64,000 bases of DNA from Marsupella aquatica (taxonomy: Eukaryota; Plantae; Marchantiophyta). Below are positions 12,577-25,830 of this stretch, piece by piece. The notes beneath the pieces were generated by a model, which was not told the origin of the DNA, did not search any database, and was given only the letters and a program-made list of their open reading frames with translations. The translations under genes and the position numbers were made by a program. The stretch is taken from positions 6,481,708-6,545,707 of the forward strand of contig OZ316891.1 in assembly GCA_973895155.1 (NCBI GenBank). The letters run 5' to 3'. The number at the start of each line of letters is the position of its first letter. The stretch's first letter is position 1.

Positions 12577-15500
12577 ATGGCTAGATTTGGAGGAGTGAAG
12601 TTTGAGGTGGAGAAGTACGATGGTCGTATTGATTACTTGCTCTGGGAGAAGCAAGTGAAGGGTGTCCTTCGGGCCATGGGCTTAGCTCATCTGCTCTCTT
12701 CGCGAGAGCAGTATGATGGAGAAGAGGAGATCTCAGAGAAGCAGTGGAGATAGGAGCAGGTGATTGCTGTCAATGCAATGATGCTATATCTCAAGCCGCA
12801 CATCATCAAGCAGCTGGATGATTATGCGGATTGCGCATCACTATTCAAGGCTCTAAGAGAGAAGTACTACCGGGAAGATGCGTCAGACCGGCTATACAAG
12901 AAGTCTCTCTTGATGAGCCTCAGGCTCAAGGAAGGGAGCAAGATGCAGGATCACCTGGATGAGTTTGACAGTCTAGCGGTGGATCTGTCAAACCTGGGAA
13001 AAGGAGTTGAAGATGAGGATAAGGCCTTGCTTCTGCTAAGCTCCTTACCGCCGTCATATCAGGGTTTGAAACAGGTGCTCTTGTATAGAGATCTGAAGTC
13101 CATTTCATATAATGAGGTGGTGAGCTCCTTGCTGTCTGATGATGCTCAGAAGAAGTTGGGTCATTCACAGACAGCATCTTCTTCTGGCACTGCGCTGAAC
13201 GTGAACTGTGGTAGACCAGCACAACACTCAAATGGGTAGAATAGGTTTAGATCTACATCACGAGGGAGATCTAAATCCAGAGGGAAATCGCAAGAGAGAA
13301 AGCCTCTTGCATGTTGGAGATGTGGCAAGCAAGGCCACATGAAAAGGGATTGTCGAGTAAAGGATCCTACTGCTTCAGCTAACGCGGCTTCGAGCTCGCA
13401 TGAGGTAGATTTGCTCGATGATGATGACATATTGTGATGCCAAGGTTATGCTCTCAACGTAGTGTCAAATCCAGGTAGTGATGACTGGATTCTAGATAGT
13501 GCATGTACTTTTCATATTTGCTCTAGGAGAGATTTTTTCAGTTCTTACACGGTTTCCAACGGGTCAGTGTTGATGGGAAATGGAATCCCATGTCAAGTTG
13601 TTGGACTTGGATCTGTAAGATTTCAGATGTTTGATGGTGCTGTGAGAATGTTGAGGAATGTGAGACATATTCTCAGCATGATGAAAAATCTCATTTTACT
13701 TGGAGTTTTATAAGCAAATGGCCATCAGTGGAGTTCTGCTAATGGTGTCCTTCAGGTTTCAACTGGTACTAAAGTTGTATTGAAGGGAAAGAGACATAGC
13801 AATCTATACGTTTTGGAGGGCAATGTAGTTTGTGATGAAGCCAATGTAACCTTATCTCATGAGGAGACGGCCCGGCTGTGGCACTTCCGTTTGGGCCACA
13901 TGAGTGAAAAAGGTTTGGTTATTCTTCAGAAGAAAGGATTACTTTCTAATTTGCAATCTTGTAAGTTGGAATTTTGTGAGCACTGTGTGCTAGGAAAGCA
14001 GCACAGGAAACCCTTCGGAGTTGGAACTCACACCAACAAGGAGGTACTTGAGTATGTACATAGTGATGTGTGGGGTCCAGTCCCTACTCCCTCACATTCT
14101 GGACGGTTATACTATGTCACGTTCATAGACGATTACTCAAGGTATGTGTGGATATACTTTTTACACAATAAGTCTGATGTTTTTGCCACTTTTAAGGAGT
14201 GGAAAGCCCAAGTTAAGAATCAGACTGGTAATAAGGTGAGATATCTTTGATCGGATAATGGCGGTGAATACAATTCCAGGGAATTTGGAACGTATTGTAA
14301 GGAGCAGGGGATTACCCGCGCGCCATCTCACAACAAGTTATACTCCTCAGCAAAATGGTGTTTCTGAGAGACTCAACCGAACACTATTGGACCGCTCGAG
14401 GAGTATGTTGAGTCAATCATGCTTACCACATGAATTTTGGGCTGAAGCTCTCAACACTACAGCTTATTTGGTAAATTTTTCTCCATCCAGTTCTATTGGA
14501 TTCAAGACGCCATTTGAAATGAGGTACGGGCGTCCAGCAGATTACTCACATCTGAGGATTTTTGGATGTGATGCTTATGTGCTTACACCTTCCCAGCTTC
14601 GATCCAAGCTGGAGTCCAAGTCGAAGAAGTGCATTTTCCTTGGCTATCAGAAAGGTGTGAAGGGTTATAGGTTATAGGATCCAGTAACCTGTAAGTTAAT
14701 TGTCAGTAGAGATGTGTCCTTTAATGAATCCAGATCATCAAAGGAGGGGGAGAGTTCTCAGGACTCCCATACTGACAAGGGGAAATCTCCCATCCCGGAC
14801 CGGGTTGAGGGGAAGATTAGTCATGATGCTATTCATGACAGGAGAGATGGAGAAGCTCCGGGCTTGGAGCTGGTTCCTGTGATGGAACAAGAGGAGCAGA
14901 TTGTTGCTAGGGTACCTCAAATTCAACCAGCAGCAGTAGATCAGCCTGAGTCATCTACTAGAGGAACTTCCAGTCGTTCTACTAGAGCTCCTACCAGGTA
15001 TGGTCAATGGGCAGACTCATCTAAGCTAGATGATATTGACATTGCATCTGATGATGATGACATGGCTTTGATCTTGGAAGAAGGAGAGTCTTCTTCGTAT
15101 AGTGAGGCTTGTGCTTCAGAGCAGAAGCATGAGTGGAATGCAGCAATGCAGAGGGAGTTGCAATCTTTGAGTGACAACAAGACATGGGAGCTGGTGGAGC
15201 TTCCAAGAGGTCAGCAAGTGGTGGACAGCAAGTGGATTTACAAGTTGAAGGACAGTCCTTCAGAGGGTGGAGATAAGATCTACAAGACAAGGCTTGTTGC
15301 CAAGGGGTTCACTCAGGAGAAAAGAGTGGACTACAATGAGGTCTTTTCACCGGTGGCTAAGTATTCCACAATTCGGATCTTGTGTCAGCTTGTTGTGTTT
15401 TTTAATCTGGTGATGGATCAGATGGATATTATTACTGCTTTTCTCTATGGCAACTTGGAAGAGATGATCTTCATGAGACAGCCATTAGGCTTTATGAAAA

Positions 15501-16660
15501 AGGGCCAAGAGAACTTAGTTTGCAGATTGCTCAAGTCCTTGTATGGATTGAAGCAGTCTACCAGACAGTGGAACAAGCGATTTGATGATTTCATGCTTGC
15601 TCAAGGTTTTACAAGGATGGTGTATGATCCTTGTGTGTATACGAAATCAGTCAAGAATGATGTATTTGGTTTCATCATTCTGGTGATCTATGTGGATGAC
15701 ATGTTGATTGTGGCTAAAGATCAATCTGAGGTTGACAGTCTCAAGGCGAAATTGAGTGCTGAATTCAGGATGAAGGATCTTGGTAAGGCCAAGAGGATCT
15801 TAGGGATGGAGATTTTTTGGAACTCTGATACTTGACAGTTGTGCTTGAGTCAAGGCCAGTATGCGAGGAAAGTACTTGCACGATTCAACATGGAAAATTG
15901 TAAGCCAGTTCCGAGTATTCCTTTAGCTTCACATTTCAAGTTATCATCGGCTTTCTCTCCTACGGATGCTATGAAGAAAGGTCTGATGGCTAAGATTCCT
16001 TATGAGAAGGCAGTAGGTAGTCTGATGTATTTGATGACTTGTACTAGGCCTGACTTGGCCCTAGCGATGGGCAAGGTTAGCAGATTCATGTCAAATCCAG
16101 GGAAGGTACATTGGGAAGCTGTGAAATGGATTCTCAGGTATCTCAAGGGTACCCAGGACTATGGATTACTATTTTATAACAGATCAGATAGAACGTTGGT
16201 TGGCTATGTAGATTCTGACTATGGAAGCTGTCTGGATACAAGGAGGTCTACAACTGGGTTTGTATTTACTCTTGGAGGAGGATGCATCAGTTGGAAATCT
16301 ACCTTGCAGAAGTGTATATCTCAGTCTACTACAGAAGCAGAGTATGTTGCAGCAGCAGAAGCAGCAAAGGAAGCAATTTGGTTGGACAAGTTAATTGCGG
16401 AGATGGGTTTAGAGCATGGCAAAATGACTCTAAACTGTGATAGTCAGAGTGCTCTTCACTTGGCTGCTAACCAGGTGATGGATAGCAGGGTGAAGCACAT
16501 TGATGTCAGGTACCATTTTATCAGGCAAGCAATGTCTGATAAAACTTTTGAGCTAGTCAAGATTGATGGAAAACTCAATCCCGCTGATGCCTTTACCAAG
16601 GTGATTCCTTTGGAGAGTTTCTCAAGACACCGTGCTACTTTGCAGGTTTTGCAGTTGTAG
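12577..16660 (+). pseudogene. Copia gag-pol polyprotein with multiple stops and a frameshift
   Basis: Gag FEVEKYDG, zinc knuckle CWRCGKQGHMKRDC, protease WILDSACTFHI, integrase HSDVWGP and TPQQNGVSER, RT YVDDMLI, RNase H GYVDSDY/STTEAEY/KHIDVRYHF. In-frame stops at ~12751, 13237, 13435, 13711, 14248, 14675 and 15833; frameshift near 14310. Confidence 0.95.
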
Positions 16661-16856
16661 TGCAAGTAGAGTTATTTAGCAATGTGTGACTATTTGTATA
16701 TGGATTACTCATTCCTGTTTGGCTACGGCTTAGTTCTAGTTAACCCTTAGTTAACCCTTGTGGTTTTTAGGGGGAGACCTGGTTTGGTGATTGTCTAGAA
16801 CTTCCCGCTGAGGATTCCATATGGTAGCATTTAGTCTAGTCCCCAAGACAAGAGTC

Positions 16857-16865
16857 AAGGGGGAG
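16857..16865 (+). promoter_or_regulatory. Polypurine tract of the copia element
   Basis: AAGGGGGAG, 2 nt upstream of the 3' LTR. Confidence 0.85.
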
Positions 16866-16867
16866 TT

Positions 16868-17212
16868 TGTTAGATATTGCTCTAGCCTTGTGACTCATGA
16901 GCTAACCACAGTTAGTCTAACTCAGGTTAGGACTAAGCTAATGTTAGCGGTTGTGCTGTTGTGCATATAGCCAGGGCTGATGCCAGACCCTGGGTGGAAC
17001 TTAGGCTCATTGTTACGGAGCTAGTTGAGAGATAGGGAGAGCTTGTGCTATGGATGCTTGGTATGGCCGGTCGGCCTAGAGTGCAGTCAAGCTCTTGTGT
17101 GTTCCCGTGGACGTAGCCTCATGTGGAGGTGAACCACGTATCTCTCTGTGTTGACTATTGTGCGTTGGATGGTTCATGGGCTTGCCGTTACGAATGTCGT
17201 CTAAGCTCAACA
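16868..17212 (+). repeat. 3' LTR of the copia element
   Basis: TGTTAGATA...GCTCAACA, a direct repeat of 10602-10946. Confidence 0.97.
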
Positions 17213-20175
17213 ACGATGAAGTTCAGTTACGCTGCAGAAATGTTGAGGTACGAAACTGCTCGGATTGTGTACATTGAGCTTGGCTTGTGTGCCTTTGAGA
17301 AATGGCTTGTGTTCCCAAAGTGTAATCTTCGATTTAGATTTATGTGTGAGGTCCTTAGGGCTGTCCTGCAAGTGCCATCGTCTTAAAAAAATGGGGCCCT
17401 TATGACTCCTAAATTGTTGGCAAAAAGGTCATCTCTGCTACTTAAAGATGTGTGCCCTACCCACTCACCCGCCTGTCCTTCTTTGTCGCTTTCTTTCCTT
17501 CCTTCTAGGGCAATATATTGTCTTATTCATATATCAAAAGTTGGGACTCTGAAGGGCAGGAAACTTTCTGGCCCTTGCCCTTCAAACTCCTTGTTTTCTG
17601 CCGTGAGGACTGCATGGTGAGGGGGAAAGCTTGGCTCACTCATAGGCTCATAGCCCGAGAGACATTAAGTAAAGGGCCGAGTTTTTAGGACCGTCTACAT
17701 GCAAGACGGCCCTTGGGGCTCTCTTGTATGTGTGAGGTCCTTAGTTTTCCTGCCCTCCACTCCACAGATGGCACTAACTGAGAATTTTGTGGAAGAACCT
17801 ACTATTCAGGCAGGTCTTATGGCATGCAAAGGTGGAGAACCAGGGGCAGGGGCTGCAAACTTTGCAGCCTTGAGGTCCTGTCCTGAGGTCCTGTCCTTTA
17901 GAATCAACATAAGACAGGCAAAGCAGACAACACAGTGAGTCAGGAAACGACCAAAAATCAAGAAGAAAAAAAGTGTGGGCCTCGTACTGAGCATGACAAG
18001 AGGATATAAATCCTACAATTCAGGGAAAGGTACGGCCCGCTTGTTTTAGGACCACGGCCCGAGTTCACATTAGCAATTTTAATAATGATCAATTTAAGGT
18101 GGAAATTTAAAGGGATAGAAACAACTCTCAGGTTCTAATTTTGAGCTTGACAACTATAGTAATCAAAAGTGCTAGCAGGTCACCCAAGGGACGTCATCAA
18201 TTGTTGCCAAAGATAGATACACAAGTAAATTCCCTCTTCTCCTGCCCCTGACGCCATGCAATACAATGGATGGGTTCGTAATGCCTATTAATCTTAATTC
18301 ATTTTTAATGTTGAAGGCACCAGAACGCTTGGGCACCTGGTTCATAATACCTTTAAATAATATGAAATAAATGATAAATTACAGTCATCCGAATTGGTTA
18401 GTGGGTTTAGTGTAAAGTGTGGACAGTGAGTAATTTTAGGAATTCATAACTCTGTCAATTCTTCATGAATAGAAATATTAGACTAGTGGGAAAGATCTTT
18501 CCAATCCACATCTAATGATCCCAAGAAGAGCCAATTCTGCTGGACAGAAAGGGAGAATGATGTTGAAGGTCAAACTTTGCTATTGAAAACTCTTTGGAAA
18601 TGAGAAGTTGTCAATGAGTGAAGGTGTTAAACCAAGGTGTCATGGTCCATGGGGGTTGTATGGTTGATGGTCTCGGTCCATGTGAACAACACTTTTGCTT
18701 TGGGCAGATGTGTGAATGCCCTGTGCAGGTTTTCAACTACGAAGCACTCCAAAAATCAGAAAACTTTAAGTCCAGCTCCAGGCACAGTAAAGGCCACACT
18801 GTAAAACCCTTCCAAAGCAATGTTTCAGGAAAAGCACCAAGGCAAGCCTAGTACCCTTGGGCTTTATCCATAAAAATGCCCTTGTGAGAGGGCTTCACTA
18901 TACACAAGCTTCTCAGTGTGGTGTGTGAGAAGGAACTCAAGTTATTTGGAGGTCTATGTCCCCTCTACTTCCATATTAAGATGTCATATGCAGTTCCACA
19001 GGTCAATTGACACACCGACCTGTGCACACAGGTGGGATAGGATATTTCTTGAAGCTATGTTGGGGGATTACACAAGGGCCTTATTGGGTGCAGATGGGGA
19101 AGTTGAGAGGGCCCAGCAATCTAACCTCCCAATATACTTAAGACGGAGAGCTGAGAATTGCGGGCAGCAGTCTAACCTCTATCTATACTTGACATGGAGA
19201 GGAATTGTACGGAGGCTATGCAGAGATTTATCAGGGGCGCTTGATGACTTGGATGCAGTTTATCAACTGAGGCAAGGCCTTGGGCAAGAAAACAATTCTG
19301 ATTTTGCTATCCTCCAGCATAGAGGCTACATCAAATATTTAATGAAGGATGAAGTTGGAGCTAGGGCAGATGCAGAAGCTGCCCAACAGCTACAACGTAA
19401 AACTACTCGTCATGTTATTGGTATTGAAACTGTTAGAGATTATGAGTGTATTTTTGGGCCTTGGGATGTACTGGTAAACTATTTGGGTTACTTTTCCTCC
19501 TCTAAGTCAAGTCTCTTTTAGATTTATGTCCAGTCACATTAGCATGGTTGACGCTACTGCTGTCCTTAGTTTATGCTCTAGCAGAACTAGGAATGGCTTG
19601 TGGGCCATGTTTGCACCCTCAATATCTTTGAGGGGAGTCTTTGACAGCCTAAAAGTACAGGTGACCACCACTCTTAGAAAATTTGGCAGCCTCTACATTG
19701 GGTGGTCAGCCTACCTAAATTTCCCAATTCAGGGTACCGGTGGGAAACAAGAGTGACGGAGAATACTCATCTCCATTATCATTGTTTTTTAGGTTTTAAG
19801 CAAAAATGGGCAGCACTGGGGGAGTTCTAATTGGTCCACGGGTCTGAACCCTCAAAACTTGATGTACCCCAACTACTTGGTTAAATTTTTGGGTCTGCAT
19901 TAAAGAACAATAGGCCCATATTAAATGGGTCATATTCCATGAAGTTGTCAAAGAAAAGGGTTGTTGTGTCATGTACATGAATTGGACATGTGTCATGTGT
20001 CATGTTCTAATTGGTAGCCTGTCACTGTGTAATTGGTACACGTGTATATCCCAAAGAATAGTTAATTTAACTTTTCCCAAGAGAATAGCTAAAAGCATGC
20101 ATGGATGTAGGGTTTGGGCCTTTATATTTAGTGGCAAACCAATTTCATGGAGCCTCAATTGTTGCTGCTGTTACT

Positions 20176-20472
20176 CTCGGGGGTCTCACTATATGGGGAC
20201 CTCCCCATCGCCTGCGACGTTTTTAGGGCTCGGACCCCCTAAAATGTAAGAAAAAAAAATTATTTTTTAACCCCTATAAAGTTGGAATATTCTTGGAATA
20301 TTCTAAAAATTGGATTAAAAAGGCTCTAATGTTCTTATAAGTCTCAAAATTGAATTTGAAAGACCCTATTGTTCTTCTACAAAAATTCTTAAGTCTTCCC
20401 TTAGAACCAATAAAATGACCCTATCCTTCGTCGCACGTGATATGCCATTTTTGTGGAAGTGAAACCCCCGAG
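20176..20472 (+). mobile_element. 297-bp MITE with 8-bp TSD (hAT-like target size)
   Basis: TIRs CTCGGGGGTCTCAC/GTGAAACCCCCGAG and a perfect TSD CTGTTACT. The empty site is visible in arm 2 (~48565-48572). Confidence 0.93.
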
Positions 20473-20516
20473 CTGTTACTGGAGGAGGGCTAGCTATAGA
20501 AGGGCTATGGAAGGGC

Positions 20517-23073
20517 TGTCACGCGATTGACATGGGTCTTAACGCCAAAAACGTCACTATGGGTGCCAAAACCATCTCTTTATACCTGAGGATCACGAAG
20601 GGATGTTGTGAAGGCCGGTGAACACCAATTTACGCCCTTAACACCAGACTATCATAGCAAGACTCTATCACACATCACCCAAGCTCAATCCCAAGGAACC
20701 AAGGTTGGGGATCAGATCCGTGCTCATGATAGTTCTGGTGATAAGGGGTCTTCATATCGGGCCCGTACACACAGGGCCTAGCGCTACGGTGCGCATAGGT
20801 CTATACGTATGCTTACTATCATAGGTATGTTTCTATTCCGCCGCCGGAATGTACCCATAAACCAGTGACTCCTTACTGATTCCCGGCTTAGGGACTTCTA
20901 AGCCATTGCCCCACCACTCTGCCATTCCACTCTCAGCAATCAGAGCTATGACAGTCCTCACCCAGCCCACTTCAATGCACCATGTACACCTCTTAGTGGC
21001 GCTGCTAGTCCCATCATACACTCAGATTGCCTCACACACACACACATCCATGAGAGAAACGAGGCCTGAGAGGAAAACTCAATTAGATTCAACGATGTGC
21101 ACAATAGTCCACTGAGAACACTCGATCCGAACAATAGGCCCGAAGGCTGTCTACTCCAGATTACGACGTGCTTGCCCCGCAAGCCCCGTGCTTGCCATGC
21201 AAGCTCAATCCTGAACCTGAGCCCGGCTCACTCCAGATTGTGACGGCAGATTGGACTCAAACCAATCCCGTACTTGCCTTGCAAACTCAATCCTGAACTC
21301 AACCTCCTTCACTGCACTTCATTCTTGGGGGCACATATAGATCTCACACCTCCAATTCAGAATGTCAAGTTACGCATGCACAGTTGACTCGACTTCAAAG
21401 CTGGTACCAAGCCTAACGACAATCTATCCCAGACTGCAATGAGGCCCGGCCTCACGCTTGCCCTGCAAGCTCAGCTCTGGCCATAAATCCCTTAGTGCTC
21501 TCCACCAGACAAAGGCCGGGACTCCCCATGGATCACATAGCCTTGCCAGACTGAACTGTAAATGCTCCTCCTGCTGCCCCTCAATCAGTGTCTCAGCCTC
21601 CCTAATGTGCTCACCACAAATCAAATTGACATCCTCCCCACAGTTTACAATCACCAATACATCACCTATCACCAAGGCTCTGTATCGGGGGAAAAGAACC
21701 CAATTGTGCTGCCCACTAGAAAGAGCCACAATCCAGCTCGCAAACCTAGCAACCCGTTGCTGTGAAGCTTGGCTGATTACTCCCTGAGTAATAGCACAAC
21801 CAAGCTCTCCCCAACACGCAGCGTCCAAGTCCAGCCTTGCTTGCACAGAGCTCCTCCCTACTGCTCAGTCTAAGTGAGATCACACAACTGAAGTCCCCCC
21901 CTGCCTCTACCGGGGGCTGCTCTATATACTCTCATACTGAGCCCAAATAGGTGGATACTACGCTGCTGGAGCCCCATCCCAGCCCTAATAGAGCCGCCAC
22001 TATCTCTAACTACTGAACCCTAACTCACAACTTTATTTCTATCTCGAATTGGCTATGTACTTCGGATTCGGCCCTCCTCCATGGTTTTTGCGAGCTTGCG
22101 CCTCCTCTCCCGATTTCTCTATTCAACCATTTGCTGCGTGGATAGCAGCGTTGGAAGCGGCTTGAGCTCCTCTTTCCAATGAGGTCAATTATAGTCGATT
22201 TGGTCAAATACACAGAGAGTTATGCCCCCGCAACCGAGAGGGGGTACTCACTGCTGCGCTAACCCGAGTTACATAGCTAACCCGAGTTCGGCTAACCTAG
22301 CTATCCTATCTAACCCGAGTAGAGCTAACCCGTGGTCTCGGGTTAGGCCGCTACCCGCTATCCGCTATCCGCTAACCTAGCCTAAGCTGAGCCCGAACCC
22401 GAGTTTACCTGAGCTAAGCTGAGGCCGCGCTGACCTGAGCTAAGCTGAAGCCGTGCTGACCTGAGATAAGCTGAAGCCGTGCTTACCTGAGCTAAGCTGA
22501 AGCCGTGTTGACCTGAGCTAAGCTGAAGCCGTGCTTACCTGAGCTAAGCTGAAGCCGTGCTTACCTGAGCTAAGCTGAAGCCGTGCTGACCTGAGCTAAG
22601 CTGAAGCCGTGCTGACCTGAGCTAAGCTGAAGCCGTGCTTACCTGAGCTAAGCTGAAGCCGTGCTTACCTCAGCTAAGCTGAAGCCGTGCTCACATAAGC
22701 TAAGCCGTGGTCGAGCTTGGGTTAACCCGAAACTGAAGCCGAATCCGCTAATTCCGGCCACAAGTTAACCCGTCACACTAATCAAGCCGTATCTTTCTTA
22801 ATACACCTCCGTTTCTCGAGTGTTTTATATTGATTTTACTCGCCTTGACCAGATCTTTCCAATGCTCTTTACAGATCCAGATTTGGTGACATATTGAAAG
22901 AGATATGATCATCGACCACCCGCGACATAGCTTTTATTTCCCTACTCTTAACGCCATGATTGCCCTTATTCTTGCCATCTTGCTAATTGTTATGCAATAT
23001 CAATAGCTACTCCTTGCATACAGCAACCTACTTAATCAGATTACAAAATAAGGACCATGTCGTTGGCGTCACA
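20517..23073. mobile_element. 2.56-kb solo LTR (large, probably Gypsy-type)
   Basis: TGTCACGC...GCGTCACA termini and a perfect 5-bp TSD AGGGC. Absent from arm 2 (empty site ~48525-48535). No coding domains recognised. Confidence 0.85.
22408..22693 (+). repeat. Minisatellite, 11 x 26 bp, inside the solo LTR
   Basis: Unit CCTGAGCTAAGCTGAAGCCGTGCT(G/T)A repeated head-to-tail without spacers. Confidence 0.95.
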
Positions 23074-25830
23074 AGGGCGTAACCTAAGGAGGCTATTGGG
23101 GCTTTGATAGGAATAGAGGGTTAAGTTAGGTTAGGCTAGGGTTTTTGCTATTCAAGTTTGGGGTTCAAGCCAGGGAATTAAGGGGCAGCCAACCTGCCAC
23201 CCAATTGCAATGTTCAGTTTGAACACTTTTGAGTTTCATGCAGAGGTCAAAAGGAAGAGGTTGATGCCATAACAAGATGTGGAAGGACAATGTTGGCTAG
23301 GAGAACTGCCGTTGGACCTTGGAGTGCAATGTAGACTGAGGTCTTTGAGTAGACTCATTGTTTGTTTGTCATAGACATCTATTGCTATCCATTTTGCTAG
23401 CATTTGTTTACATGCCCATATTGTCTAACCCAAGGAAATGATTGTGTCTAACTGGTTGCATGAGAAGAGAAGGAAGACAATAAACCTAAGAAAGGAAGCT
23501 TGGTGAAGGAAAAGTGCAAAGTTTGAGTTTTCATGTCCGAGAGGTTTGTGTGTCTTGTAATGCCTTGTGTTTTTCAATGTTGTTTATAATTGCAAATACG
23601 AGTATTGCTAGTTGGTAACAGGAAAGTGGGTGGTAATTTGTTTGGATTTTTTTTTGGATTTTTTTTTTGAAATTTTTTTTTTGGTGAATTTTTTTTTTTT
23701 TGGGTTAGTTATCATCATATTGCTAGCGCCCGGAGCTAACAATAGCAGCGCTTGGCGCTTGCAAAAAAAATCATGATTTTAATTATTTTAAATAATAATA
23801 ATTTAAATGGTACATTTTTAGATCATCTTTTTTACAGGAGACTTTTTGCTAGTACCAGTACACCTGTTTGTTGTGGTGATGCCCAGGTGAATTAGCCATC
23901 ATAGTAGTATCAAAACCAAAATATACTATATATACAATGTTCCCATTAGGACTCTCACTTGGAACATTCACTTGAGACAAGATAACATTTCACTGAGTGT
24001 CGTAAAATCATGTTCATACCTTACTGGTGTTGTTGCTGTTGGTTAATAATTATGGACCTTTATTGAATTGGATCAACAAAATTGTGAAGACCCATCCTTG
24101 GATTGCTATCACAAAATATATACAAGGATAATACCCAATCCCGCTGCCTATCATTTTGCACCTAGCTGCTCACCATATTGCACCTAGCCACCCCAAGGGC
24201 AAGGCAACCCATGGTTAATGCTTTATTTATAAACGCCACACCATAGTTGGTTAGGATTTGTGCCTATCCACCCCCCACCCCCAACTAAAATGCTGCAGGA
24301 TGAAGGGAGATTGGTGGGTTAAGTTGTGCGCGCAGTAAGTTGAGGTTTCAGAGGTGAGGTTTTTACTACACACGGAGCTCAGGGGGGCATTATATGAAGG
24401 GTCCTACATGGTGTGCAATGTGTTTAGGTCCAAACCCATAAATTATAAGCAATTTTATTTTTTCCTGACCTTACTTACTTTAAAGCAGCCATTTTTTTAT
24501 TATGTTTACCCCTTAAAACTTTAAGTAAAGTTTTGTTTTGAATTAAACAATGCATATAAAGAAATGATAAGTATCTTGTAGGTTAGAGCCCAAATTTTTT
24601 GCAATCATTCAATTTGCTCCGTCTTTTCGCTTAATGCAATTTACTTTGCCTTTCCACTTGATACTACATCCTACATCTCTTGTACAGTCCATAGACTATG
24701 AAACTAAATAATTATATATATTATTCTATGGGTGTTCAATTAATTATCAATCAACTTACAAGTCTATTTTGCTCTCTAAACTCTCAAATATTGTAGCATG
24801 GTGGGTACCATGCACTACAAATAGGAAACCAAACACTATCGATTGTCTATTCAAGGTGTCGATTCTTTACCTTGCTTCACAACCCGTTGCATGACTACAT
24901 TATATCCACAGACTGGAGCAGAATTGAGCCAATGGCAATTTACAACTCATTTGTTTGAGCTCATGGCCTCAAATAAGAAGCAGAGGTGACCTTCACGATA
25001 GGTCACTTGAATGCAAAAGAAAGGTCCCCTTGACGCAAGTGGGGCATTGAACACACTGGGCTTAGCATAGGATTTTCATGGTTAATTCTATGATAATGAT
25101 AAAGTAAAAAAATACAAACTATATCCTAGACATTTTTCAAACCAACTAGCAATACTCGTATTTCACTAGTAGAAAACAAGGTTATTTATGACCGCAACAA
25201 TGATGACCCATATGGTCTTTTCAACAAAACAATGACGCATCCGTTTCTGTCTTTCCAGACGCGTCACAATGGACATTTAGGTCACGGTCCTTTTGGACAA
25301 ATGACGCAAAAAAGGTGTGGTCATTTCATACCGTCCAAAATGACTTAATTTATGATTTGGTCATAAATGGTAAACTGTCCGAAATGACCCAAAAATCACC
25401 GTTGACGGTCAATTGCCGTTCATTGTCGACGGTCTCCATACCCAATTATGTAATGCCACATGGCAGTTAAAGAACAAAGGTCATTTGTCATTTTGGACTT
25501 GTCCAAAATGATGCACATTATATAACAAATCAGGTAGTGACATGTGGCTCAAAGGATATTCCACCATGTGGCAATAGATTTGGGTCATTTTGGACTTGTC
25601 CAAAATGACTACATTATAGACAAGTCATATTGGGGCACGTGGTTCAATTAGAAAGAGACACATGGAGATATACATTAGTCATTAATGAATTGGGTTTAAT
25701 GACTTGAGTTGAGTCATATTGGACACAAACATAAACATCCATAATGACCATTAGATTAGTCATTTTAGATGTCATTTAGATCATGTATTTAATGACTCGA
25801 GTTAAATTGGTCATAAACAAGAAGCCTTAA

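Larger units (their letters stand above)
10602..17212 (+). mobile_element. Full-length but degenerate Ty1/copia LTR retrotransposon (6.6 kb)
   Basis: Two 345-bp TG...CA LTRs, TSD GCGAT/ACGAT (4/5), PBS, PPT, and gag-PR-IN-RT-RH domain order. Confidence 0.97.
6795..19521 (+). pseudogene. NB-ARC/ARM/TPR (LRR-less NLR-like) gene, copy 1, disabled. Exons 6795-7874, 8089-8957, 9361-10601 + 17218-17247 (split by copia), 19032-19521
   Basis: P-loop GGPGLGKS, Walker B LLIVLDDVW, RNBS-B FLVTSQ and GLPL-like GYLPL. Exon 3 has ARM-like helices; TPR-like YEEALENLELA, GDYTRAL and DLSGALDDLDA follow. GT-AG introns have phases 0, 0 and 2. There is a 1-bp deletion at ~8706 (exon 2 is 869 nt vs 870 in copy 2) and a copia insertion in exon 3. 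Confidence 0.9.
6513..23616 (+). repeat. Arm 1 of the large inverted duplication
   Basis: Reverse complement of 25141-25163 plus 48002-55573 once the copia, MITE and solo LTR are removed. The ORF track shows mirror-image ORF pairs (6795+/55291-, 8092+/53994-, 9391+/52694-, 18916+/49801-). Confidence 0.95.

Noticed and set aside
17357-17712. Weak inverted termini in NLR intron 3 (AGGGCTGTCCTGCA / TGCAAGACGGCCCT), possibly an old MITE
   Set aside because: Too degenerate, no clear TSD, and present in both arms, so there is no empty site to confirm it.
22408-22693. Regular 26-bp repeats that might suggest a CRISPR array
   Set aside because: The units are head-to-tail with no unique spacers, there are no cas genes, and the context is a eukaryotic LTR.
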